DNA from: an uncultured Solirubrobacterales bacterium
GTDB lineage: Bacteria > Actinomycetota > Thermoleophilia > Solirubrobacterales > 70-9
Length of the DNA: 64,000 nucleotides
Direction: 5' to 3'
Assembly: GCA_963762205.1 (NCBI GenBank)
Contig: CAVXJZ010000003.1
Span: forward strand, 491,371-555,370
How positions within the stretch are numbered: position 1 is the first letter of the stretch; each line of letters begins with the position of its first letter. Below the pieces are notes generated by a model, which was not told the origin of the DNA, did no database searches, and saw nothing but the letters and a program-made list of their open reading frames with translations. Positions 37,287 to 44,977 of the stretch are shown here, piece by piece. The position numbers and the translations under genes are program-made.

Positions 37287-37853
37287 TCAGTATTCGAACT
37301 GAGGGCCCTCCAGCCTCGGCTCGAGCTCGGCCAGCGTGGGCGCCGCCGCGTCCTTCTCGGAGGGGATCAGCTCCTCGACCGGCAGCGGCCACTCGATTCC
37401 CAGGGCGGGGTCCCTGTAGGAGAGCTCGCTCTCGGGGCCGGTCGCGTAGTAGACGCTCTGCTTGTAGATCGTGTTGGCGACCTCGCTCAGCGTGCAGAAC
37501 CCGTGTGCAAACCCGACCGGGCAGTAGACGACGCGCATGTTGTCCTCGCTGAGCTCGAAACCCTCCGAGTGGCCGAAGGTGGGGGAGCCCCTGCGCAGGT
37601 CGACGACCACGTCGTAGATCGCCCCGTGGCCGCAGCGGACGAGCTTGGCGACGCCGGCCCCGAGCTGGAAGTGCAGTCCGCGCACGATCCTCTGGGCCGA
37701 GCGCGAGTGGTTGTCCTGGACCCAGGTTCCGGGGATGCCGATCTCCTCGAAGGCGTCCTGCCGGTAGGTCTCCGCGAAGAAGCCCCGCTCGTCTCCGTGC
37801 TTGACGAGCTCGACCAGGATCGGTCCCTCCAGCTTCGTCTCCAGTCTGCGCAC
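37287..37853 (-). CDS. rmlC: dTDP-4-dehydrorhamnose 3,5-epimerase
   Basis: HGDERGFF, QDNHSRSAQRIVRGLHFQ, KLVRCGHGAIYDVVVDLR, PVGFAHGF, YYATGPESELSYRDPALGIEWP. 188 aa. Confidence 0.9.
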   Translation of the reverse strand: MRRLETKLEGPILVELVKHGDERGFFAETYRQDAFEEIGIPGTWVQDNHSRSAQRIVRGLHFQLGAGVAKLVRCGHGAIYDVVVDLRRGSPTFGHSEGFELSEDNMRVVYCPVGFAHGFCTLSEVANTIYKQSVYYATGPESELSYRDPALGIEWPLPVEELIPSEKDAAAPTLAELEPRLEGPQFEY

Positions 37854-37869
37854 CGCTTTCCTGCCTTTC

Positions 37870-38730
37870 TCAATCGCCTGCCGAGCCGGCCAGCCCGGCC
37901 CGCGTCATGTACTCCTCGAGCGCCTCGCGCCAGGGGCGCAGCGGCGTGAGGCCCAGGGAATCGGCCCGCGGGCGGGCGAGGACGCCGTTCAGCGGACGCG
38001 CGGCGCCGCCCTCCGGCACCGTGGTCTCCGTCGGCTCGATCGGCACCTCGATCCCGGCCAGCTCCATGATCGCCTGCGTGTACTCGAACCACGAGCACCC
38101 GCCCGCCGCCGTCAGATGCAGCACGCCCTCGGCCTCAGCCTCGACGGCCTCGATCAGCGCCCTCGCCAGGTCGACCGTGAAGGTCGGCTGCAGGCGCTGG
38201 TCGGCGACGACCGCGAGCGAGCCGTTCCTCTTCGCCGCGGCGATGATCCGCTGCACGAAGTTGCCGCCCTTGGAGGCGTTGCCCCGGGTCCCGTAGAGCC
38301 CGGCGGCGCGCACGACCAGCGGTCGCTCGCCGTAGGCCAGCGCCGCGTACTCGCCGGCCAGCTTCGAGAGCGCGTAGTAGGACCGGGGAGAGGGAGGGTG
38401 GTCCTCGGGATAGGGCTCGGGGCGCCCGCCGTCGAAGACGTAGTTGGTCGAGATGTGGACCATGGGCACGCCCCTGGACGCGAGGCTGCGGACCGCGCGG
38501 ACGTTGATCGCCCAGGCCTCCTCGACCGCGGTCTCGCATTCGTCGACGTTGTGGAAGGCGGCGCAGTTGAAGACGACGTCGGGCTCGACCTCGGCGAAGG
38601 CGCGCTCGACCGACGCCTCGTCGTCGATGTCGAGCGCCGCGTGGTCCAAGGGGAAGGCCGAGTCGGGGCCCAGGAGGTCGGCGAGGTCGTGGCCGAGCTG
38701 GCCCGCACCCCCCGTGATCAGCGCCCTCAC
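37870..38730 (-). CDS. RmlD-like NAD(P)-dependent 4-ketoreductase (second paralog)
   Basis: The GTG at 38730 (position obtained by counting from the stop; GTGA overlap with the upstream gene). VRALITGGAGQLG, FNCAAFHNVDECE, HISTNYVFDG, SYYALSKLAGE, VVRAAGLYG. 286 aa. Confidence 0.7.
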   Translation of the reverse strand: MRALITGGAGQLGHDLADLLGPDSAFPLDHAALDIDDEASVERAFAEVEPDVVFNCAAFHNVDECETAVEEAWAINVRAVRSLASRGVPMVHISTNYVFDGGRPEPYPEDHPPSPRSYYALSKLAGEYAALAYGERPLVVRAAGLYGTRGNASKGGNFVQRIIAAAKRNGSLAVVADQRLQPTFTVDLARALIEAVEAEAEGVLHLTAAGGCSWFEYTQAIMELAGIEVPIEPTETTVPEGGAARPLNGVLARPRADSLGLTPLRPWREALEEYMTRAGLAGSAGD

Positions 38731-39797
38731 AGGACCGCTGGGAAGGAATCCAGGGCCGGCCTGACCTCGCAGAGGAGTTCGAGCCAGCGGATGTTGTAGT
38801 GGTGGGGATCGGTGAGCTGGGCCGGGTCCTGGCCCTCGAGCTTGCCGAGCATCTCGGTCACCGACTCGAGCACCGAGCGACTGGGGACGATGCCGAGCGT
38901 GGTCGAGAGCTTCGCGTTGGCGCACTCGTAGTCGCGCGAGAGCTCCGGCGCCGGCGCCTCGTCGAGTTGCACCTCGCGGCCGGTCAGCTGCACGGAGCCG
39001 GCGACGATCATCGCCAGCTCGCGGATCTGGTAGTTCGAGTGGACGACGTTGAAGATCTCCCCGCGCACCTTCTCCGCCGGCGCCTCGTATGCGGCGATCA
39101 TCGCGTCGGCGCAGTCCTGGACGTCGACCAGCGGCCGCCACATCCAGCCGCCTCCGTGCAGGTTGAGCGCGCCCGAGAGCAGCGCGTCCTTGACGAAGGT
39201 GTTGACGACGAGGTCGAAGCGCATGCGCGGGCTCCAGCCATAGACCGTGCCGTTGCGCAGGATCGCCGGGCAGAGGCCGTCGTCGGCCATCTCGATCAGC
39301 TTCTCCTCGCCGTAGCGCTTCGAGGTCGCGTAGGCGGCGCGCGGCGCGACCGGCGCGTCCTCGGCGTGCATCCCGGCCGGCAGGCCGTCGTAGAGCGAGC
39401 AGGACGAGGCGAAGACGTAGCGCTCGATCCCCGCCGCGACGCACCTGCGCCCGAGCGTCTCGGTGGCGAGCGCGTTCATCTCCCAGTTGGCCTCGGGGTC
39501 GAACTCGGCGGTCGGGTCGTTGCTGAGGCCGGAGAGGTTGATCACACCGTCGATGCCGTCGAGGGCGCCGTCCGGGATGTCGCGGACGTCGGCCACGACG
39601 AGCTCGATCCGGTCGCGGAACGAGGCGAGAGGCTCCTCGCCGAAGTAGAGGCGGTCGAGGAGGCGGACGCGGTAGCCGCGGTCGAGGAGGCGCGGGACCA
39701 GGACGCAGCCGATGTAGCCGGCGCCGCCGGCGACGAGGATCGTCTGGTCGGGGTCCGGGGCGCTCGCGGAGAGGCCGTTGTGGCGGTGGCTGCTCAT
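38727..39797 (-). CDS. NAD-dependent epimerase/dehydratase (extended SDR)
   Basis: ORF 38727..39851 was trimmed to the ATG at 39797, downstream of the preceding gene's stop at 39832. ILVAGGAGYIGC, FASSCSLYG, AAYATSKRYGE, LRNGTVYG. Confidence 0.75.
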   Translation of the reverse strand: MSSHRHNGLSASAPDPDQTILVAGGAGYIGCVLVPRLLDRGYRVRLLDRLYFGEEPLASFRDRIELVVADVRDIPDGALDGIDGVINLSGLSNDPTAEFDPEANWEMNALATETLGRRCVAAGIERYVFASSCSLYDGLPAGMHAEDAPVAPRAAYATSKRYGEEKLIEMADDGLCPAILRNGTVYGWSPRMRFDLVVNTFVKDALLSGALNLHGGGWMWRPLVDVQDCADAMIAAYEAPAEKVRGEIFNVVHSNYQIRELAMIVAGSVQLTGREVQLDEAPAPELSRDYECANAKLSTTLGIVPSRSVLESVTEMLGKLEGQDPAQLTDPHHYNIRWLELLCEVRPALDSFPAVL

Positions 39798-39831
39798 GGT
39801 CGGGCGAGGATAGTGGCACCCGCGCGGCGCC

Positions 39832-41325
39832 TCAGTAGGCCCCCTCGCCACGCACGATCGCGCCCGGCGTGCGCACCAGGATCGCCAGGTCGGTGACGAT
39901 CGAGAGGTTGTCGAGGTAGTCGCGCTCCATCGCCAGGCGCTCCTCGAAGGTGAGGTCGCTGCGGCCGTAGACCTGCATCGGCCCGGTGATCCCGGGCTTG
40001 ACGCCGAGCCTGGTCCGCTGGCGCTGGTCGTAGAGGGCGACGACCGCCTCCTCCTCGGGCCGCGGGCCGACCAGCGACATCGATCCGCCGAGCACGTTGA
40101 TCAGCTGCGGCAGCTCGTCGAGGCTGGCGCGGCGCAGGGCACGGCCGGCGCGCGTCACCCGGGGGTCGTCGGGGATCTTGAAGGCCGGTTGGTCGAGCTG
40201 CTCGAGGTCGACCAGGTCGCCGAGGCGCTCCTCGGCGTCGGCGACCATGGTGCGGAACTTCAGCATCGTGAAGGGCCTGCCCTCCTTGCCCGCCCGCCGC
40301 TGCCGGAAGAGGACGGGCCGCCCCGAGTCGAGCAGGATCAGGACCGCGATCGCCGCCAGCAGCGGCGAGAGCAGGACCAGGAAGAGAGCGGATACGAACA
40401 CGTCCATGCCGCGCTTCATCGCGATCGTCGAGCGCGGCGGGTCGGAGAAGCGGAAGTCGAGCACAGGCAGCTCGGCGAGGCGGTTGAGCTCGATGCCCGG
40501 CCCCAGCAGCCCATAGTGCTGGGGCAGGAAGGTGAGCCCGAGGCCGGCGGCCTTGCACTCCTCGATCAGCCGCTCCGCGTCCGCCTCGCCCATCTCCTGC
40601 TCGGTGACGATCACCCGCTCGACGCCCTGCTCCCGCGCCACCCGGGCGATGTCGTCGACGCTGCCGAGCCGGGCCAGGCCTGCGGCCGTGCTGGTCTCGC
40701 CGGCCGGGGCCAGGTAGCCGGCCAGGCTCAGCCGCGCCTCCGGGTGGGTGGCGATCCGCCGCGCCACCCGGTCGGCGACGTCGGCCGGCCCGATCACGAG
40801 GCCGACGGAGACCTCGGTGAGCCGCTGCCAGGCGAAGCGCAGCGCGGCGCGCAGCAGGAAGCTGCCGGCGAAGACGAGGACCCCGACGAGCGCCGCTGTG
40901 CTCGGGGTGAGGGCTCCGGCCGGGGTGAGGACGAGCAGCCCGTCGAGGGCGAGCGTGCCGAGGGTGCTGGCCGAGACCAGCGCCGGCAGCTCGTCGAGAG
41001 TGCTGTGGCGGATCCGGCGGTGGTCGTTGTCGTAGAGGCCGTGGAGCTTGACGACCAGCACCCAGACGGGGCTGAACAGCACCGCCCAGAAGAGTGTCGC
41101 CACGTTTGCGCTCGAGGTCGCCACGGTCGCCACGCAGAGCGCCGCCACCATCGCCAGCCAGTCGCCGCTGGCGAGCAGGCGCCGCAGCTGGGCGCCACGC
41201 TGGCGGTAGTTCCGAGCGCCGGCGAGGCGCTCCGCGTCGCCGGGTCCCTTCGCATCCGGCGCGGTCCCGCCCCGCGCCGCCGGGCGGGACCGGGCGCCGC
41301 CGGTTTGCTTCGCCTTCTGCGTCAT
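39832..41325 (-). CDS. Polyprenyl-phosphate glycosyl-1-phosphate transferase (WbaP/CpsE-type initiating enzyme)
   Basis: The ATG at 41325 (ATGA overlap with the upstream gene). N-terminal TM block, a central Rossmann-like domain (VIGPADVADRVARRI...VERVIVTE), and the Bac_transf core: KRGMDVFVSALFLVLLSPLL, FRQRRAGKEGRPFTMLKFRTM, DELPQLINVLGGSMSLVGPRP. Confidence 0.85.
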   Translation of the reverse strand: MTQKAKQTGGARSRPAARGGTAPDAKGPGDAERLAGARNYRQRGAQLRRLLASGDWLAMVAALCVATVATSSANVATLFWAVLFSPVWVLVVKLHGLYDNDHRRIRHSTLDELPALVSASTLGTLALDGLLVLTPAGALTPSTAALVGVLVFAGSFLLRAALRFAWQRLTEVSVGLVIGPADVADRVARRIATHPEARLSLAGYLAPAGETSTAAGLARLGSVDDIARVAREQGVERVIVTEQEMGEADAERLIEECKAAGLGLTFLPQHYGLLGPGIELNRLAELPVLDFRFSDPPRSTIAMKRGMDVFVSALFLVLLSPLLAAIAVLILLDSGRPVLFRQRRAGKEGRPFTMLKFRTMVADAEERLGDLVDLEQLDQPAFKIPDDPRVTRAGRALRRASLDELPQLINVLGGSMSLVGPRPEEEAVVALYDQRQRTRLGVKPGITGPMQVYGRSDLTFEERLAMERDYLDNLSIVTDLAILVRTPGAIVRGEGAY

Positions 41326-43289
41326 TCGCCGCCCGCCTTCAGCTGCGGGGCCAGCGGGTTCATCTCCCGCGCCCTTTCGAGGTCGGCCCGCGCCGCGTCC
41401 GCGTCGCCGGCGGCCGCCTCGGCGCGCGAGCGCAGGGCGTAGAGCTCCCAGTTGCCGTCCTCGCGCTCGATCGCCTGGCTGAGCCGCTCGACCGCGAGGT
41501 CGTATTCGCCCTGTCGCTCGGCGATCAGGCCGAGCTGGAGGTAGGGCGAGGCCGCCCAGGGCTCGATCGAGCGGGCGGTGTCGGCGTGGTCGACGGCGCC
41601 GATCACGTCGCCGGCCGCCACCGCGCGCTGGCTCGCCCTGATCTCGCGCTCGACCAGCAGCGGGCCGATCAGGGCGATCGCGGCGATCCAGGCGAGCGCG
41701 ACGCCCCCCAGCGCGAGGCCGAAGCGCCTGTCGGGGCCGCCGGCGTCGGGGGGAGCCGGCGAGAGCTGCTCGCACCTGGCCGCGGCGAGGGCGCCGGCGG
41801 CGAGGCAGAAGACCGCTCCCAGGGCCGCGATCTCCCAGAACCAGTCGAAGGCGACGCCGACCGCGAAGACGAGCAGCGCCGCGAGCAGCGCCGCATGGGT
41901 CTCGCGCCGGCGGCGCGAGGCGCCGCGCCAGGCCGAGATCCCGACCCAGAGGATCGACCCGAGGAGGGCGAGGACGATCAGGCCTCCGATCGCGCCGAGC
42001 TCGGCGAAGGCCTCCAGGTAGAGCGAGTGGGCGTCGATCACGTCGAGGCTGATCGAGCGCGACTGGTCCCAGGAGAACTCGAAGGTGCCGGCCCCGTGCC
42101 CGAGCACCGGCCTTTCGCCGAAGGCATCGACCGCAACCCGCCAGAAGTCGTGCCGGCCGGCGCTGGAGAGGTCGGAGAAGTGCTGGGCCGGGTCCTCGGG
42201 GAATGCGATGTCCGAGCTCGAGAAGTCGTCCCAGGCGCGACCGCCGAAGACGAGCGCGGCGGCGACGGCGGCGACTCCGAGGGCGATCGCCGCCCCTCTG
42301 AGGACGGCGGGATCGCGGGAGAGCTCGACCGCCCTCCTCGTGCCCGGGCCGCCGCGGGTCTCGACCCGGCGCAGAAGAGCGAACAGCGCCAGGGAGACCG
42401 CGGTGCCGGCGAGGAGGATGAGCAGCACCGTCACCCCCTGGTCGACGGCCGCCTGCGATGAAACGCTGTCGGCGAGGCTGTGGTTTCGGGGGACCGCGAT
42501 CAGGGCCGGCAGGGCCCCGAGCGCGGCGACGACGAGGGTCGCCAGCATCCAGAGCCGGTCGCGGGAGAGGGCGACGATGCACAGGGCGCCGATCGCGAGC
42601 GCCAGCACGCCGCCCCTCGAGTAGGTGAAGTAGAGGGTGAGCATGACGGCAGGCATCGCGGCCACCGCGGCCCACCGCAGCGGCGTCCAGCGGGAGCCGC
42701 GGCTGAGCCAGAGCAGCATCGCCACGGCGACTCCGCACATCGCCCCGTTGGCGTTCCAGTAGCCGAGCGGGTAGCGCAATCGGGGCCCGTGCCCAAGGCC
42801 CTCGGTGAACTCGAGCACGTGGGGCAGAAGGCGGCTGCCGAGGGCGAGGAGGACGACGATCGTGACGCCTATTGCAATGCCTTCTGCGAAACGTTCGCGC
42901 CTCTCGTCGGTTTGGGCGATAAGGAAAGCGGCAAGGAAGAAGGCGAGATAGACGAGGACCCGATCCGCCTCGATCACGCTCAACTCGACCGAGCCCGACC
43001 AGAGGGACGACATTGCGGAGAGAAATGCCAGACAGCCGAACAGCCCGACAGCCGAGTAGAGCGGCCAGCCCAGGCGCGCACGGGCGGCGGCGCCAAGCAC
43101 GAGCAGGCCGACGACCACCAGCCACACCGCGAGGCCCGCAATGTGACGGTCCGTCACGTCGAATCCGCCACCGCTCAGGGCGAGGCCGACGATCAGCGCG
43201 ACTGGGGCGAGCAGCGCCGCCGTTTGCTCTAACCTTGCGCCCGATGACCTGGAATCACCGCCAGGCGGCCCTTGGCTGGGGCCGCTCAT
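41322..43289 (-). CDS. Wzy_C-family membrane protein (O-antigen ligase / O-oligosaccharyltransferase / polymerase-like) with C-terminal TPR-like repeats
   Basis: ORF 41322..43784 was trimmed to the ATG at 43289 (MSGPSQG...). About 12 TM segments with a large loop carrying ...DAHSLYLEAFAELGAIGG... (Wzy_C-type H-containing motif). The C-terminal helical repeats (SPYLQLGLIAERQGEYDLAVERLSQAIE...) look like TPR. The start is uncertain because it overlaps the divergent ORF. Confidence 0.7.
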   Translation of the reverse strand: MSGPSQGPPGGDSRSSGARLEQTAALLAPVALIVGLALSGGGFDVTDRHIAGLAVWLVVVGLLVLGAAARARLGWPLYSAVGLFGCLAFLSAMSSLWSGSVELSVIEADRVLVYLAFFLAAFLIAQTDERRERFAEGIAIGVTIVVLLALGSRLLPHVLEFTEGLGHGPRLRYPLGYWNANGAMCGVAVAMLLWLSRGSRWTPLRWAAVAAMPAVMLTLYFTYSRGGVLALAIGALCIVALSRDRLWMLATLVVAALGALPALIAVPRNHSLADSVSSQAAVDQGVTVLLILLAGTAVSLALFALLRRVETRGGPGTRRAVELSRDPAVLRGAAIALGVAAVAAALVFGGRAWDDFSSSDIAFPEDPAQHFSDLSSAGRHDFWRVAVDAFGERPVLGHGAGTFEFSWDQSRSISLDVIDAHSLYLEAFAELGAIGGLIVLALLGSILWVGISAWRGASRRRRETHAALLAALLVFAVGVAFDWFWEIAALGAVFCLAAGALAAARCEQLSPAPPDAGGPDRRFGLALGGVALAWIAAIALIGPLLVEREIRASQRAVAAGDVIGAVDHADTARSIEPWAASPYLQLGLIAERQGEYDLAVERLSQAIEREDGNWELYALRSRAEAAAGDADAARADLERAREMNPLAPQLKAGGE

Positions 43290-43813
43290 TCCTCTTGCTC
43301 TTGTCAGCGCTTGTTCTGCTGGCATTGGCCGTGCTCCCCGCGATCGCTCAGGCCGACGAAACGTCGAGCGGCGTCGAGTACGAATCCGCGCTGCCCAGCG
43401 CCGAAGGCAAGGGTCCGCCGAACGAACAGATCGCCAAGTCGTCCGAATCGCCGGGCAGCGGCGGCGCGGAAGCGCCGGGCTCCGGCTCGACCGGTTCGGG
43501 TAGTGGTTCGTACACGGCGGGAAACCCCTCTGGTTCGGGAAGCGGTGGTGCGGCCACGGGCAGCGACGGCGGTACCGGGCAGGGTAGCCCAGACCAGGGC
43601 GCAACCCCCCCCGGCGAAGCGGGCCTGCAGTCCGCCGACCCGGTCGCGACCTCGAACGCGTCTTCGGGCGGTGGATCCTCGCCGCTGATCGCGATCCTGA
43701 TTGCGGTTTTCGCGCTGGCCGCGATCTCCGTCGGCGCGGTGATGATCCGCCAGCGCCGCCAGCGCCGCCGGTCCGGCGGCACACGCACCTCGCTCTCCAC
43801 GAAGGCCGGCTAG
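43244..43813 (+). CDS. Secreted Gly/Ser/Thr/Pro-rich low-complexity protein with C-terminal TM anchor and Arg-rich tail (hypothetical)
   Basis: The ATG at 43244 within ORF 43013..43813. Signal-peptide-like FLLLLSALVLLALAVLPAIAQA. About 120 aa of GSGS/TG/PG low complexity. Then PLIAILIAVFALAAISVGAVMI followed by RQRRQRRR. No other gene explains 43290-43813. Confidence 0.5.
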   Translation: MTWNHRQAALGWGRSFLLLLSALVLLALAVLPAIAQADETSSGVEYESALPSAEGKGPPNEQIAKSSESPGSGGAEAPGSGSTGSGSGSYTAGNPSGSGSGGAATGSDGGTGQGSPDQGATPPGEAGLQSADPVATSNASSGGGSSPLIAILIAVFALAAISVGAVMIRQRRQRRRSGGTRTSLSTKAG

Positions 43814-43816
43814 CCC

Positions 43817-44977
43817 GTGTCGCAGACGGGCAGGGGCCTTCGTCGGCGGGCTCGCGCGTGGAGCGCCGCCGCCGCGATCCTCGCGATCGCCGGCATCTCG
43901 GCCTCCCTGCCGCCTGTCGCCGGCGCGGTTCCCGGCAATTTCTGGGGCGTCGCCCCGCAGGCGGCCCCGAGCGGCGAACAGTTCCAGCGCCTGAAGCTGG
44001 GCGGTGTCGACAGCGTCCGGGTGCCGATCGAATGGGGCGCGGTGCAGGCCGAGGCCGGCGGCGGCTTCAACTGGAACGGCACCGACGAAATGGTCGCCGG
44101 CGCCGCCGCGGCGGGCATCGAAGTCTTCCCGTTCCTCACCGGCGCCCCCCGCTGGGCGGTGCCGCAGGCGGTCGTCAACAGGGCCGCCCACGCCCTGGCG
44201 CCGCGCAACCTGCCGGTAAGGAACGGCAAGCAGAAGCGTGGTTGGAAGGCCTTCCTGCACGAGGCGGTCGGGCGCTACGGCCCGCACGGGGCCTTCTGGG
44301 CGGCCAACCCGGCGACCCCCTACCGGCCGGTACGCATCTGGCAGCTCTGGAACGAGCCCAACTTCAAATACTTCGTCGCCCGCCCCAACCCGGCCGAGTA
44401 CGGGAAGCTGATCAAGCTCTCCTACCCGGTGATCAAGAAGCTCGATCGCGGCGCCCGGATCGTCCTCGGCGGGCTCTTCGCCGCTCCCAGGGAAGCCGAA
44501 TACAGGCGCAGGCCGCCGCTCGCCTACTTCGCCACCGACTTCCTCAGGCAGCTCTACAAGAGGACACGGGGGATCAAGCGCAAGTTCGACGGTGTCGCCC
44601 TGCACCCCTACACCTCCGAATTCGACGAAATCGCCGGCCACGTCGAGGCGGTGCGCCGGGTGCTCAAGGCGAGCCACGACCCCGGCGCGGCCCTCTGGAT
44701 AACCGAGCTCGGCTGGAGCGCCGGCAGGCCGCAGAAGAGCAACGGCTTCAACGATTTCGAGAAGGGCCCGCAGGGCCAGGCGCGCCAGCTCAAGGGGGCC
44801 TTCCGCCTGCTCAAGAAGAACCAGCGCAGGTGGCGCCTCAGGCAGGTCTTCTGGTTCTCGGTCGACGACCGACCGGGCGCCTGTAACTTCTGCGACGGCT
44901 CTGGCCTTTTCGCGCCGGGCTTCGTGCCGCGACCGTCCTGGCGGGCGTACGTCAGGTTCGCCGGCGGCAGGGCATAA
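43817..44977 (+). CDS. Secreted glycoside hydrolase, clan GH-A (TIM-barrel) candidate
   Basis: GTG start 3 nt after the previous stop. Signal-like N-terminus (RRRARAWSAAAAILAIAG). IWQLWNEPN (acid/base NEP) and LWITELGWS (nucleophile-type E). The family cannot be assigned without a search. Confidence 0.55.
   Translation: MSQTGRGLRRRARAWSAAAAILAIAGISASLPPVAGAVPGNFWGVAPQAAPSGEQFQRLKLGGVDSVRVPIEWGAVQAEAGGGFNWNGTDEMVAGAAAAGIEVFPFLTGAPRWAVPQAVVNRAAHALAPRNLPVRNGKQKRGWKAFLHEAVGRYGPHGAFWAANPATPYRPVRIWQLWNEPNFKYFVARPNPAEYGKLIKLSYPVIKKLDRGARIVLGGLFAAPREAEYRRRPPLAYFATDFLRQLYKRTRGIKRKFDGVALHPYTSEFDEIAGHVEAVRRVLKASHDPGAALWITELGWSAGRPQKSNGFNDFEKGPQGQARQLKGAFRLLKKNQRRWRLRQVFWFSVDDRPGACNFCDGSGLFAPGFVPRPSWRAYVRFAGGRA

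Noticed and set aside
39832-43125. Very long N-terminal extensions offered by the ORF track: 39832..43125, 41322..43784, 1356..3698, 31219..33162, 35148..37226, 37870..39819, 23332..24411, 12168..13322, 58468..59937 and 59944..61377.
   Set aside because: The extensions are Arg/Pro/Gly-rich and overlap the upstream real gene. Each contains an internal ATG/GTG/TTG placed at or next to the upstream stop, often as an ATGA/GTGA overlap. The shorter proteins have normal family lengths.
43690-43813. The C-terminus of the Gly/Ser-rich ORF, considered as a sortase (LPXTG), PEP-CTERM or GlyGly-CTERM sorting signal.
   Set aside because: No LPXTG or PEP motif is present. The GGG-SSP-TM-RQRRQRRR arrangement is only generically similar, and the tail continues 13 residues beyond the basic cluster. 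No sortase, exosortase or rhombosortase gene lies in the window. I mention it only as a weak possibility.
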